From Fimbriimonadales bacterium (GTDB taxonomy: Bacteria > Armatimonadota > Fimbriimonadia > Fimbriimonadales > ATM1): DNA of 64,000 nt. A model generated the notes under the pieces. It was not told the origin of the DNA, did not search any database, and saw nothing but the letters and a program-made list of their open reading frames with translations. Each line of letters opens with the position of its first letter. The first letter of the stretch is position 1. Of this stretch, positions 1 through 9,606 are shown in pieces. The DNA is taken from the NCBI GenBank assembly GCA_041744215.1, contig JBGTLG010000015.1, forward strand, positions 64,001 through 128,000, given 5' to 3'. Made by a program: the position numbers and the translations under genes.

Positions 1-308
1 GACACAGGGTGCGCTTCTCCACCATCTGCGGCCATCAAGTAGAGTTGCGAAAACGGTTTCGCCCGATCACTGACAAACGCGAAGCCCGTTCCGTCTGGCC
101 GCCAGCGCACAGGCCCGTCAACAACTTGCCCAAACGTCAGTTGCCGGACCTTCCCATCGCACCAGTCAAACAGCCTCGACACTGTCTTGTGCTTTTCCCC
201 CACCGCCTTGACCGGAAAGACAAATCGTCGACCGTCGGGAGAGAACTGCGGATCGCCAGGCAGGACGATCCTATGCAAATCGTGTGGAGTGAGAGGACGT
301 TTGGGCAT
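1..308 (-). CDS. S9-family (acylaminoacyl/prolyl oligopeptidase-like) peptidase, N-terminal part; runs off the window
   Basis: Own translation from ATG at 308: MPKRPLTPHDLHRIVLPGDPQFSPDGRRFVF...WRPDGTGFAFVSDR...QLYLMAADGGEA, TolB/PD40-type propeller motifs typical of S9 peptidase N-termini. Not in the ORF track; catalytic domain is outside the window. Confidence 0.75.
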   Translation of the reverse strand, partial: MPKRPLTPHDLHRIVLPGDPQFSPDGRRFVFPVKAVGEKHKTVSRLFDWCDGKVRQLTFGQVVDGPVRWRPDGTGFAFVSDRAKPFSQLYLMAADGGEAHPV

Positions 309-412
309 GCTCGGAACATTACCACGAGGATTAGCGTAGCCAGGAAGGCGTACCAAACGCCTGGAAAGACCGTCTGTCTTCTTAGACAGTCTCAGGACGA
401 GAGAGGATCAAC

Positions 413-1804
413 CTGAAGCCCATTTGCCTTGCTTTCGCCATATTCGCCAGCTTGTCGGCCTCCGCCCAAGACGGCTGGAAAAAGCCCGTGACGATCCACG
501 CGACCGTTACCGAGTCGCGTCTCGGAGTCTCGCGCGCCTTCGAGATCACCGCAACAGCCGGCGCGCTTCGAATGGTTACAACGGGGGGCCTGAGCCCGCG
601 ACTCGAAGGACAGCGCAGAGTCGAAACGATCTCCTACCGCGGCGTCCACACTTGGCTTGACGACAAGCCACGCGTTACAATGCAGCTTCCAACACCCACA
701 AACTGGGACCTCCTAAACTTCCTCGCCACGCCGCGCTTTTCCAGGGCGGACTTAGAGATCCACCTCGCCGGAATTGAGCGAGCCCTCGGCAAGCGGGTGC
801 TGGCAGGCGCAAGCGAAATCGTCTCCTCGCGCGATTGCCTCGTTCTCACGATCCTTGACCGACCGGACTCCATGAACAAGGACTTCCAAAAGGTCTGGAT
901 TGACCGAGAAGTTGGTCTGACGATGCGAGTCGAAGACTACTTTGGCGGCGAAAAGACTTACAGCAGGCAGATTACAAGCGTTGAGTTTTCTAATGATCCA
1001 CCGGAAGTGTCGATGGGTCCTCAGCAGGACGCGGTGATCATCCGTGGGCCCGTGGCTGTCGAAACGCTGCTCCGAGTGCCAACGCCGCGACCTACCGCCG
1101 ACTTCGTCCAGGAAATCGCCCGCTTCAACGAGCTTTCAAAGTCAACGGACAAGAACTGGCTCGTCGCTCCAAACCCGGGTCGACCCTTCGGCTATAGCCA
1201 AACAGCGTACCGCGAGCCCGTGGTCACCTCACAGAGCCAGGAGCAGCGCTCCCAACAATCCAACCGCAGAGATTCCGCGCTCCTCTCTCAGATGGGCTCG
1301 TTTCTCTCGAGCGGACCCCCAAATGAAGGAACGGAAGTCAGAGTCGTTTTCACCCGGGGAGAAACGGGCGGAAGCCGCGAAATCCAAGTTCAGGCCGAAA
1401 TCAACGGAGAACGGCGCGAGTTCACGATCCGCCAAAACCCAGGTGAACCGCCTCAGTTTGGATCGCCTGGAGGCGACTCCCAAACGCAGCCAGGACAAGC
1501 CCAACGCGGCGGCACCACGAGGATGTTCGTAGCAAAGAGTGACTTCGTGGATCCGGCGACCGGGAACACACTCGTGTTGGTCCAGTCGATCGGCGTCGCT
1601 CCCAACAACTACCTCGAAGGCGTTTTGCTAACGAGATCGCAGCCCTTCGATGACAAGCGATTCCCCTCAGCTACTCTCTGGACAGTCGAGTTTCCGTACC
1701 CGGCAGTCGTACTCAACTGGCAGAAAGGCAACGTTCGGTATGCTCTCGCAAGTACGGGTCTCACTGAAGCACAGCTTGCAGATATCGCAGCCAAAGTTCA
1801 GTAA
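413..1804 (+). CDS. Secreted protein with MucB/RseB/LolA-like region (paralog 1)
   Basis: ORF 452..1804 extends in frame to CTG 413 after GAGAGG, giving signal peptide (M)KPICLAFAIFASLSASA-QDGWK. The segment CLVLTILDRP..QKVWIDREVGLTMRVEDY resembles the LolA/RseB fold. Strongly similar to the next gene. Confidence 0.6.
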   Translation: MKPICLAFAIFASLSASAQDGWKKPVTIHATVTESRLGVSRAFEITATAGALRMVTTGGLSPRLEGQRRVETISYRGVHTWLDDKPRVTMQLPTPTNWDLLNFLATPRFSRADLEIHLAGIERALGKRVLAGASEIVSSRDCLVLTILDRPDSMNKDFQKVWIDREVGLTMRVEDYFGGEKTYSRQITSVEFSNDPPEVSMGPQQDAVIIRGPVAVETLLRVPTPRPTADFVQEIARFNELSKSTDKNWLVAPNPGRPFGYSQTAYREPVVTSQSQEQRSQQSNRRDSALLSQMGSFLSSGPPNEGTEVRVVFTRGETGGSREIQVQAEINGERREFTIRQNPGEPPQFGSPGGDSQTQPGQAQRGGTTRMFVAKSDFVDPATGNTLVLVQSIGVAPNNYLEGVLLTRSQPFDDKRFPSATLWTVEFPYPAVVLNWQKGNVRYALASTGLTEAQLADIAAKVQ

Positions 1805-1816
1805 AGGATAGAAAGA

Positions 1817-3181
1817 ATGAGCCTCAGGTCAATCACATTGCTCGCCTTGTCGATTCTCGCCGCGAGCGCGTTCGCGCAGGACGGCTGGAAGCGACCCGAC
1901 ACCGTTTTCGCAACCTTCAAAGAAGTTGACGGCACCACACACGATTACAAGCTCGCGAAAACAAGCGACGGGCTGGTCATTGAAACGACCCGCAGCGCGA
2001 ACGGCGCACTCGGAGGCGTATCGCGAATCGAGTCAATCTCTAAGTCTGGAGTCTATACGTGGCTCACCGGAAAACTACAAGTCGCACTGCAATTGCCGAA
2101 CACGACCATTCCCGGCATCACCGAGTTTTTGGCTGTCCCACGATTCTCGAGAGCCGACCTCGAATTCAACCTTGACGGTATTCAGAAGTCGCTCGGCAAA
2201 GCCGTCCGCGCAGGCAAAACGGAGGACATTGCAGGCCGCAAGTGCCTGGTACTCACGATCCTCGACCGACCCGACTCCGCCACTACCGACTTCCAGCGAC
2301 TCTGGGTGGATGTCGAAACCGGGCTCTCACTGAAAGTCGAAGATTACTTCGGAGGCAAGCTCACTTACTCACGCGAAGTGACGGACATAGCCTTCAATGA
2401 TATCCCCGAGGGCTTTCCCACGACGCATGCCACAAACGCGACAATAATCCGTGGCGCCGTCTCGCCGGAAACCTTGCTCAAGATGCCATCGGCAAGATCT
2501 CACGATGAACTTAAGGCGGACCTCGCGAATCTCGGACGCCCCAAAGACAGCGAGGACAGCTGGACAACTGTTATTCCCGAGCTCCCCCCCCTCCGATACG
2601 CCCAAACCTCCTACCGCGAGCAAACTTTGCGCATGTCAAGCTCTGATTCCAGTAACCGGCGTCAAAACGCCATCGCCGACCCACAGAGTGGAACTGGCAC
2701 GGTCCTGTCCGAAGTTGTTACACTCTCTGGCGGAGGTGAAGGCAGGATTATGTCGATATCCGCTATTCGACTCGACTCAAATGCTCGCGACGCAGTCTAT
2801 CAATTCACAACTGACTCGAGTGGGAACACACTGGTCATGCGCGGCGAAGAATCTTCTGGGGCTGGCTCAACAGGTCAGGACGCAAGAATCGGTCAACCGA
2901 CAATCATCCCCGTTGCAAAAAGCGACTTCGTAGATCCTAAGTCGGGGCACACTCTGACTTTTGTCCAAGTAAAAGGCAGACCAGCCGATCAACTCATCGG
3001 GCCCTACCTCCTCGGAACTCCAGCCCCAATCCAGGGGCTTGAGAGCGGGCGTAGCTACGCTGCAAAGGGAGACGTTGACTTGACGATCGTCGCATGGAAA
3101 AAGGGAGAAATCCACTATGCGATCGCATCGACTCAACTGCCTCTCGCGCGGATGGTCGAGATCGCCAAAAGTGTGAAGTAA
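1817..3181 (+). CDS. Secreted protein with MucB/RseB/LolA-like region (paralog 2)
   Basis: Signal peptide ending AFA-QDGWK. Shares PRFSRADLE, CLVLTILDRPDS, VEDYFGG and VAKSDFVDP with the upstream gene. Confidence 0.65.
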   Translation: MSLRSITLLALSILAASAFAQDGWKRPDTVFATFKEVDGTTHDYKLAKTSDGLVIETTRSANGALGGVSRIESISKSGVYTWLTGKLQVALQLPNTTIPGITEFLAVPRFSRADLEFNLDGIQKSLGKAVRAGKTEDIAGRKCLVLTILDRPDSATTDFQRLWVDVETGLSLKVEDYFGGKLTYSREVTDIAFNDIPEGFPTTHATNATIIRGAVSPETLLKMPSARSHDELKADLANLGRPKDSEDSWTTVIPELPPLRYAQTSYREQTLRMSSSDSSNRRQNAIADPQSGTGTVLSEVVTLSGGGEGRIMSISAIRLDSNARDAVYQFTTDSSGNTLVMRGEESSGAGSTGQDARIGQPTIIPVAKSDFVDPKSGHTLTFVQVKGRPADQLIGPYLLGTPAPIQGLESGRSYAAKGDVDLTIVAWKKGEIHYAIASTQLPLARMVEIAKSVK

Positions 3182-3183
3182 CT

Positions 3184-3717
3184 TCAACCTCTCTTTGCAA
3201 GCGCATCATCCACCGCTTTGACGACCTCAGGTGCGTCCGGTGACGTTCGAGGCTCAAACCTCGCAATGAGTTCACCATTGCGATCGATCAAGAACTTAGT
3301 AAAGTTCCACTTGATCTCACCAGGAAATCGAGACGTCTCTTCCGAAGTCAGAAACTCGTAAAGCGGGTGAATTCCCTCACCCTTTACAATCACCTTTTGA
3401 AAAAGCGGGAACGTCACGTTGTAAGTTGAAGTGCAAAACTCCAGAATCTCAGCATTCGATCCAGGTTCCTGCCCGCCAAACTCATTCGCCGGGAACCCGA
3501 GAATCACGAACCCAGCGTCCTTGCGAACGTGGTACATCTCCTGCAATCTCGAGTACTGCGGAGTCAGCCCACATTTGCTCGCGACGTTGACGATCATCAC
3601 CACTTGACCCTTGAACTTTGCAAGCGATTGCGCCTTTCCGTCGATCAAGGTCGCCTCGAAACCGAGCGCACCACCAACCTGGCCGAGGCTCATGGCCGCA
3701 AGAATAGCTGAAATCAT
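3184..3717 (-). CDS. Glutathione peroxidase family protein, probably exported
   Basis: Motifs VNVASKCGLTPQY, LGFPANEFGGQEPG and IKWNFTKFLIDR. ATG 3717 follows AGGAGG; hydrophobic N-terminus. Confidence 0.93.
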   Translation of the reverse strand: MISAILAAMSLGQVGGALGFEATLIDGKAQSLAKFKGQVVMIVNVASKCGLTPQYSRLQEMYHVRKDAGFVILGFPANEFGGQEPGSNAEILEFCTSTYNVTFPLFQKVIVKGEGIHPLYEFLTSEETSRFPGEIKWNFTKFLIDRNGELIARFEPRTSPDAPEVVKAVDDALAKRG

Positions 3718-3901
3718 AGTCTTCCTCCTGGGGGATGAACCCCCCACCAATTACGAAACCCAAACCGGCATGTTTCCCAAAAACTGTGGGATACTCTGAA
3801 AGTTGCGGGTCATTTCAGGTTCGAGCAGCCCCGCGGGGCGCGGGCTAGAGGGATGAGATCGGAACATCACGGGCGTGCATGCCCATGAATTGGAGAAGAC
3901 A

Positions 3902-4162
3902 GTGAGTAATAAGAGTTTGTACATTGGCAATCTGCCCTACACCGTCAATGAAAAGGACGTCTTCGACTTCTTTTCGGAGTACGACCCGCAGAGCGTTCGA
4001 ATTGTCGAGGGCAGGGGCTTCGGCTTCGTTGACGTGCCCGAGGACAAAGCAGCCCAATGCGTCGATGAGATGAACGGTAAGGAGATGGCTGGGCGAAAGT
4101 TGATCATCAACGAGGCGCGCCCAAAGGAATCAGGCGGCGGGGGCGGACGAGATCGCTACTAA
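3902..4162 (+). CDS. RRM-domain RNA-binding protein
   Basis: RNP2 LYIGNL, RNP1 RGFGFV, NEARP and a Gly-rich tail. GTG 3902 follows GGAGA. Confidence 0.93.
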   Translation: MSNKSLYIGNLPYTVNEKDVFDFFSEYDPQSVRIVEGRGFGFVDVPEDKAAQCVDEMNGKEMAGRKLIINEARPKESGGGGGRDRY

Positions 4163-4281
4163 AGCAACAATATTGTAATACGTCTTCGTTTAGCCCAAAA
4201 CTGACACGATTGATAGGTAAACTGGGCCGCTAACGCACCGCGGGTCGGCGAAGCATTCATGAAGGCTCCGCACATCCGCAC

Positions 4282-5349
4282 TTGCCAAAATTCCCCCAGG
4301 AGCAACTATTGTCTACCTCTTCGAAGGCCGGGAAGCAGCCCGCACCGCCCGCAAAGACTGAAACACCTGACATCGCCCTGCTCGAGCACTTCTATCGCGA
4401 GATGCTCCGTATTCGAGTCTTCGAGCGATTCAGCGAGCAAGCCTATCGTGCAGGCTTGGCCGGCGGCTACCTCCACGTTTATACAGGAATGGAAGCGACA
4501 GCGATTGGGTGGCTCTCCTGCATTGAAAAGCACGACCCCGTAATCACCGCTTATCGTGACCATGGCCACGCCCTGTATCTCGGCTGCGACGCAACAGCCT
4601 GCATGGCAGAAATCATGGGACGCTCCGGAGGCATGAGCGGCGGAAAGGGAGGCTCGATGCACCTTTACAGCGCCGAGCACAACTTCTACGGAGGGTGGGG
4701 CATCGTCGGTGGACACATCGCCCTCGGCGTGGGCCTCGCCTTCGGCACTAAGTATCAAGGCAGCGACGCAGTAACACACTGCTTCTTTGGCGACGGCGCG
4801 GCAAACGCGGGAGTCCTCTTCGAAGTAATGAACATGGCATCGCTCTGGGATCTCCCAGTGATCTTTATTATTGAAAACAATGAGTTCGCGATGGGCACGC
4901 GGCTCGAATACCACGCTGCCGATACCGAACTCCATAAGCGAGCAGAAGGCTTCAATATGGAGCACGAACGTATCGATGGGATGGACGTGCTCGAAGTTCG
5001 GCGCCACGCTCGTCGGATAATCGATCGAGCTCGAAAAACCTCCCGGCCTTACTTTCTTGAGATCATGAACTACCGCTTTGCAGGACATGGTGCGGCAGAT
5101 AACGATCAATCGCTATATCGGACTCCTGAAGAATTGGAGCGTGCGAAAAAGCGAGATCCCATTGCTCTCCTTGAAAACTACATGCGTGATAACAATGTCA
5201 TGACAAGCGAAAAGATGGAAGCCATTCAAGCCGAAGTCGAAGAGGAGATGGAGCAGGTTTACACCGATGCAGCCGCATCGCCCAAACCCGAACCCCATGA
5301 AGTTTATTCGGACGTCTACACAGACATGACCCCGGAGAAGGGACACTAA
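4282..5349 (+). CDS. pdhA: Pyruvate dehydrogenase E1 alpha subunit
   Basis: TAYRDHGH, GGKGGSMH, TPP motif FGDGAAN...ENN, YRFAGHG. Confidence 0.92.
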   Translation: MPKFPQEQLLSTSSKAGKQPAPPAKTETPDIALLEHFYREMLRIRVFERFSEQAYRAGLAGGYLHVYTGMEATAIGWLSCIEKHDPVITAYRDHGHALYLGCDATACMAEIMGRSGGMSGGKGGSMHLYSAEHNFYGGWGIVGGHIALGVGLAFGTKYQGSDAVTHCFFGDGAANAGVLFEVMNMASLWDLPVIFIIENNEFAMGTRLEYHAADTELHKRAEGFNMEHERIDGMDVLEVRRHARRIIDRARKTSRPYFLEIMNYRFAGHGAADNDQSLYRTPEELERAKKRDPIALLENYMRDNNVMTSEKMEAIQAEVEEEMEQVYTDAAASPKPEPHEVYSDVYTDMTPEKGH

Positions 5350-5350
5350 C

Positions 5351-6328
5351 ATGGCTAGCGTAACCTACAGGGACGCGCTCCGCCAGGCGATGATCGAAGA
5401 AATTGAGCGGGACGAAAGCGTTTTCCTCATGGGCGAAGACATTGGGCGATACCAAGGCACGTTCCGAGTCACGCAAGGGCTTTTTGAACAGTTCAAGCAA
5501 AAGCGAGTGCTGGATACGCCAATCTCAGAACCGGGAATCGTCGGAATCGCAATCGGGGCAGCAATGGTTGGCTGTCGGCCTATCGTCGAGATGATGACGA
5601 TGTCATTCAGCATCCTCGCGATGGATCAGATCATCAACCACGCGGCGAAGATTCACTACATGAGCGGAGGGCAGTTCAAAGTGCCTCTCGTCATCCGCGG
5701 ACCCGGCGGCGCGGCAAACCAGCTGAGCGCGCAGCATAGTCACAGCCTCGAAGGATGGTATGCGCATGTACCTGGACTCAAAGTCGTCGCTCCCAGCACG
5801 ACGGAAGATGTGTACGGGATGATCAAGACAGCGATTCGAGATGACAACCCCGTCATTTTCACCGAGAACCCGGGACTCTATGGAGTCAAAGGCGAAATCC
5901 CGACAGAAAAAGATTTCACCGTGCCGTTCGGAAAGTGCGCGGTTCGCAAAGAGGGAGCGGATATCTCGCTAATCGGCTATTCGCGAATGGCTCATGTCTG
6001 CATGGAAATCGCAGAGGAACTGGACAAAGAGGGCGTCGACGCCGAGGTTATCGATGTGCGTTCGCTCCTCCCGTTAGATACCGAGACAATCTACGATTCC
6101 GTCAAGAAAACGAACCGCGCCCTGGTGATGTACGAAGACTGGCGCTCAGGCGGATTCGGAGCTGAAATTGTCGCAAGAATTCAGGAGGACTGTTTCGATT
6201 TCCTCGACGCTCCAGTAGGACGAATCGGAGGACTAAACGTCCCAATGCCCTATGCCAGAAACCTTGAATTGCTCTGCATACCAAACAAAGATGATGGTCT
6301 CGCCAAAGCGCGTGAGGTCCTGTCCTGA
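5351..6328 (+). CDS. pdhB: Pyruvate dehydrogenase E1 beta subunit
   Basis: MGEDIG, DTPISE, INHAAKIHYMSGG, AQHS, PGLKVV; adjacent to pdhA. Confidence 0.93.
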   Translation: MASVTYRDALRQAMIEEIERDESVFLMGEDIGRYQGTFRVTQGLFEQFKQKRVLDTPISEPGIVGIAIGAAMVGCRPIVEMMTMSFSILAMDQIINHAAKIHYMSGGQFKVPLVIRGPGGAANQLSAQHSHSLEGWYAHVPGLKVVAPSTTEDVYGMIKTAIRDDNPVIFTENPGLYGVKGEIPTEKDFTVPFGKCAVRKEGADISLIGYSRMAHVCMEIAEELDKEGVDAEVIDVRSLLPLDTETIYDSVKKTNRALVMYEDWRSGGFGAEIVARIQEDCFDFLDAPVGRIGGLNVPMPYARNLELLCIPNKDDGLAKAREVLS

Positions 6329-6372
6329 CACCCGTCACGCCCACCCGCGACACCATGTGAGATAATCACGCT

Positions 6373-6804
6373 ATGACAGCGCAGGAACTAATCCAATACC
6401 AGATTCAAACAGGGCATCGCCAGGTCCGCAATTCCGTCAAAGGACTTGATGATGCCGCTTTGCAGAACAAACTGACCCTAGGAAGCATGAGCATCGCCTC
6501 GATGCTCGAGCATCTGTGTGAATGCCGCGTGGCGTTCATCGCCGAATCAAGCGGTGAGAAGCACAACTGGGGCAACTACTCCGCCCCAGACTCATCGGCA
6601 GCTGGACTGCTGGGCGAACTCAGCAGATTGACCGAGCATGTGATAGGCCTGGTGCAAGCAGATCCTTCCGACGAAAACATGCATCACGCAACTGACTTTG
6701 TCGCACTCCACGATGCTTATCACGTGGGTCAAATCTGTGCCTGCAGAATGACATTCGACCCTGAATTCGATCCCTATTCGATCTATCAAGGCGAGGATTC
6801 GTAG
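6373..6804 (+). CDS. DinB family protein
   Basis: SIASMLEHL...HDAYHVGQI His triad in a 143-aa helical protein. Confidence 0.8.
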   Translation: MTAQELIQYQIQTGHRQVRNSVKGLDDAALQNKLTLGSMSIASMLEHLCECRVAFIAESSGEKHNWGNYSAPDSSAAGLLGELSRLTEHVIGLVQADPSDENMHHATDFVALHDAYHVGQICACRMTFDPEFDPYSIYQGEDS

Positions 6805-6922
6805 GCCGCCACCCGCGCCCCCGCTGGCCAGGTCGCCTAACTAACGAACAAACTGACCACCGAGAAGGATCCGAAATCAAGCTATTGCCCGTATAATCTA
6901 TAGGACGAGCGGAGCCATAACG

Positions 6923-7732
6923 ATGCCAAGAGCAAGAGCGTTCACTTTAATCGAGCTCCTCGTGGTGATTGCGATCATTGCGATCCTTGCCGCACTGCTC
7001 TTCCCAGTCTTTGCTCAAGCACGAAACGCCGCCAAACAAAGTAACTGCATCAGCAATGTACGCCAGTTAGGCATCGCATCGCAGCTTTACGCCTCTGATC
7101 ACGACGACACCTGGGCACCCTCAGTCATGTGGCTGCCTGAGACGGGCTTCGCGCCGCAGCAGACTTGGGTCGGATACGACAACAATAACCAGGGCATCCT
7201 CGGCGGATTCTGGGGCAGAGTTAACGAGCCGAAAAGGAACCGAAAACGTTCAGGAGCGATCGACCCGTACCTTCAAAACGACCAGATCAAGCGGTGCCCG
7301 CTGATGCCGGGCACATGGCAGATGGCGTACTGCCTAAACTGGTTCAATCCGCTATATGGGTCGCCTTACTACGCGACCAACCCGGCGGCGCAAGGAAATG
7401 AATTCGGCCCTGGTTCTAAATCATGTGCAATCGCTCCTGATGGAACGTTCACTTGTACCGCGGCGGCGAACCATGAGATACAAGATCCTACGCAAACGCT
7501 CGTTGCATGGGAACACGACGCAAGAGTTCCCATGTGCAATTTCTTGCAAGGATATGATTGGTTCCTCAATGCCCCTGCGCTGGAAAGTCTTCGAAGTCAC
7601 TTTCACTTCCTCCATCGCGACGCTGCAATCGTGTTGTGGGCTGACACGCACGTTAAGCGAATTGACTTCGGGCGACTAACGCGACCGATGTTCTCGTGCC
7701 GCAAAGACATCTATCCCTCTGGTTGGGAATAG
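6923..7732 (+). CDS. Prepilin-type N-terminal cleavage/methylation protein (DUF1559-like, H-X9-DG family variant)
   Basis: [46 protein letters not shown]-terminal [15 protein letters not shown]. Confidence 0.9.
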   Translation: MPRARAFTLIELLVVIAIIAILAALLFPVFAQARNAAKQSNCISNVRQLGIASQLYASDHDDTWAPSVMWLPETGFAPQQTWVGYDNNNQGILGGFWGRVNEPKRNRKRSGAIDPYLQNDQIKRCPLMPGTWQMAYCLNWFNPLYGSPYYATNPAAQGNEFGPGSKSCAIAPDGTFTCTAAANHEIQDPTQTLVAWEHDARVPMCNFLQGYDWFLNAPALESLRSHFHFLHRDAAIVLWADTHVKRIDFGRLTRPMFSCRKDIYPSGWE

Positions 7733-7735
7733 ACT

Positions 7736-8032
7736 TCAGCGACGCGGCAGATACCAAATTGAATTGTCCGTCGGGTTGACAATAAAAGTGCCCTCCGGAA
7801 CAAAGCTCTGGCCTGCTTGCGCACCCTGCGGCAACTGGAAACCAAACATTGCCAGCGTGCTGAGCTCGGGATAAGGGATCTGTTGTCCCTGAAGCATCGC
7901 AACGATAGCGTACGGATCGGCATGTTGCACTCGAAACCTAACCGGCGTCCCGAGCGGGGCTAGGGGGTCCGGGGTTCCTTGAGCGATTCCAGAGAACGCC
8001 AAGAGCATCATCGCAGTAACAATCTCTCCCAT
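7736..8032 (-). CDS. Small exported protein resembling a single secretin N-domain (NolW-like)
   Basis: Signal-like N-terminus, then RVQHADPYAIVAML...IVNPTDNSIW. Start at 8032 or 8041. Confidence 0.55.
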   Translation of the reverse strand: MGEIVTAMMLLAFSGIAQGTPDPLAPLGTPVRFRVQHADPYAIVAMLQGQQIPYPELSTLAMFGFQLPQGAQAGQSFVPEGTFIVNPTDNSIWYLPRR

Positions 8033-8118
8033 ATCGCTCATCAGACGCGTTGCGCCGCAGCTGGTTTCGCTTGATCACGACCCGGAGAGACATGGTCTCC
8101 TTCTCCGATGAGGCCCCC

Positions 8119-9606
8119 CTACTCCTTGGGTGCTTTGGCCGTCCGACGCATCGGCCAAAACATGAACACCAGCCAAGCCGCCAGTGATAGCCAAGGGAAA
8201 GCGTGCCGTAGCGGAGATACAGACGAGGGACCAATCTTCACTTGAGATCTAACGATCTGGGTCTTGCCGACCTCGGTCATCGCCATGATGTTTCCCCGTG
8301 AGTCAACAATGAACGAAGGACCGAGCGGGCTACTCTTCACAACAGGCAAGCGATTCTCCACCGCACGAATCACTGGCCCCGCAGCAAGCGCCTCGATCGC
8401 GTTCGTATTCTGATACCAGTCGTCGATTGACGACACAACAAGGAGATGCGCGCCGTTAGTAGCATGCTTCCGCGCAACCTCCTCGAACAAGCCCTCGAAG
8501 CACACAAGTCCACCTACCTTCATGCCCGCAACTTCGAGCGTAGTTATCTTGTCGGCAAAGGTCATGTCACTCGCTGGCAAATCAAACGAGTCGATGTAAA
8601 AGCCTAACTTGTCTCGAAAAGGAACGTACTCGCCGAAGATCACGAGCCGAAGTTTGTCAGCATACTTCCACTCGCCGTCCCATCCGTAGAGGCTTTGATA
8701 CGTGCCCTCATCAGTTGCCCGCTGAACACCAACGACGAACGGTACATCATAAACCCAGGAGAAAGAACCTACTGGCTCAGCCTCGCCGTACGCGCTTGCA
8801 ATGTGTTCTGGCAGCACAATCAGATCGCGCTCGACCGCTCCGCCCATGGCCATTACCTGTGGCACCCTCTCCGCCAACAGTTGCTGCCGCTCCACTTTAT
8901 CGCTGAAGGCCAGATCGACACCCGGTTGCGCAGCAACAAGCCACTTTGTCTCTGCGGGAGGGTCGTACATATACGATACTGCCGACCCACCAAGCAATAG
9001 CAAGCTCGCCATCAGATACGGCCGCACTCGCCTCGCCTCCACTTTCGCGAAGATCAGCGCAATGAGCACATTGACCAACACGATAAAGGCACCCAAAAAG
9101 TACACGCCTCCCCACCAGGCTGGCTGCAACAGGATGGGCAGTTTGTATAGCGACGTGCCTAATTGAGACCATGGGAAGTATATGTAAGGCACGATAGAAC
9201 GCGCGAACTCCACGCCCGCCCACACTAACGGAATCGCCCAGTACCATCCGCGATTCCAAGCTTTTGCCGCACCTATCGCAAAGAACCCAAAGTAGATAGC
9301 GAACAGCACGCAGACGATGACCCAAGGAATCGCACCCATCCACCATGAGCTCGTCCACTTGTGAACAAACTGCTGTAGCCACATAAGGTTGACCAAGCCA
9401 AAGCTCAGACCGAATACATAGCCGCGGCCAAAAGCCTGCTTAGAACTTACGCCCTGAACACTCCAAAGCAGCGGCGCGATCGCGACCAACGCGAGCAGCA
9501 TGATGTTGATAGGTGGAAACGCGAACGCAAGCGTGAGCCCGCCCAACGCAGCAAGCCCAACTTGTCGCAGCTTAGCGACCCGCGACGGAGACTCCTGAGT
9601 ACGCAT
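8119..9606 (-). CDS. lnt: Apolipoprotein N-acyltransferase
   Basis: Multiple TM helices, FPWSQLG, VLPE, YADKLRLVIFGEYVP, VCFEG, RAVENR. Start uncertain. Confidence 0.92.
   Translation of the reverse strand: MRTQESPSRVAKLRQVGLAALGGLTLAFAFPPINIMLLALVAIAPLLWSVQGVSSKQAFGRGYVFGLSFGLVNLMWLQQFVHKWTSSWWMGAIPWVIVCVLFAIYFGFFAIGAAKAWNRGWYWAIPLVWAGVEFARSIVPYIYFPWSQLGTSLYKLPILLQPAWWGGVYFLGAFIVLVNVLIALIFAKVEARRVRPYLMASLLLLGGSAVSYMYDPPAETKWLVAAQPGVDLAFSDKVERQQLLAERVPQVMAMGGAVERDLIVLPEHIASAYGEAEPVGSFSWVYDVPFVVGVQRATDEGTYQSLYGWDGEWKYADKLRLVIFGEYVPFRDKLGFYIDSFDLPASDMTFADKITTLEVAGMKVGGLVCFEGLFEEVARKHATNGAHLLVVSSIDDWYQNTNAIEALAAGPVIRAVENRLPVVKSSPLGPSFIVDSRGNIMAMTEVGKTQIVRSQVKIGPSSVSPLRHAFPWLSLAAWLVFMFWPMRRTAKAPKE

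Noticed and set aside
3184-3717. Possible selenocysteine in the glutathione peroxidase
   Set aside because: The active site is an ordinary Cys codon with no in-frame TGA.
7938-8105. Apparent strong SD (GGAGAAGGAG) plus ATG at 8093 on the minus strand, giving a 51-aa ORF
   Set aside because: The SD and ATG lie inside a hairpin just after the lnt stop, the peptide is not protein-like, and it overlaps a better ORF.
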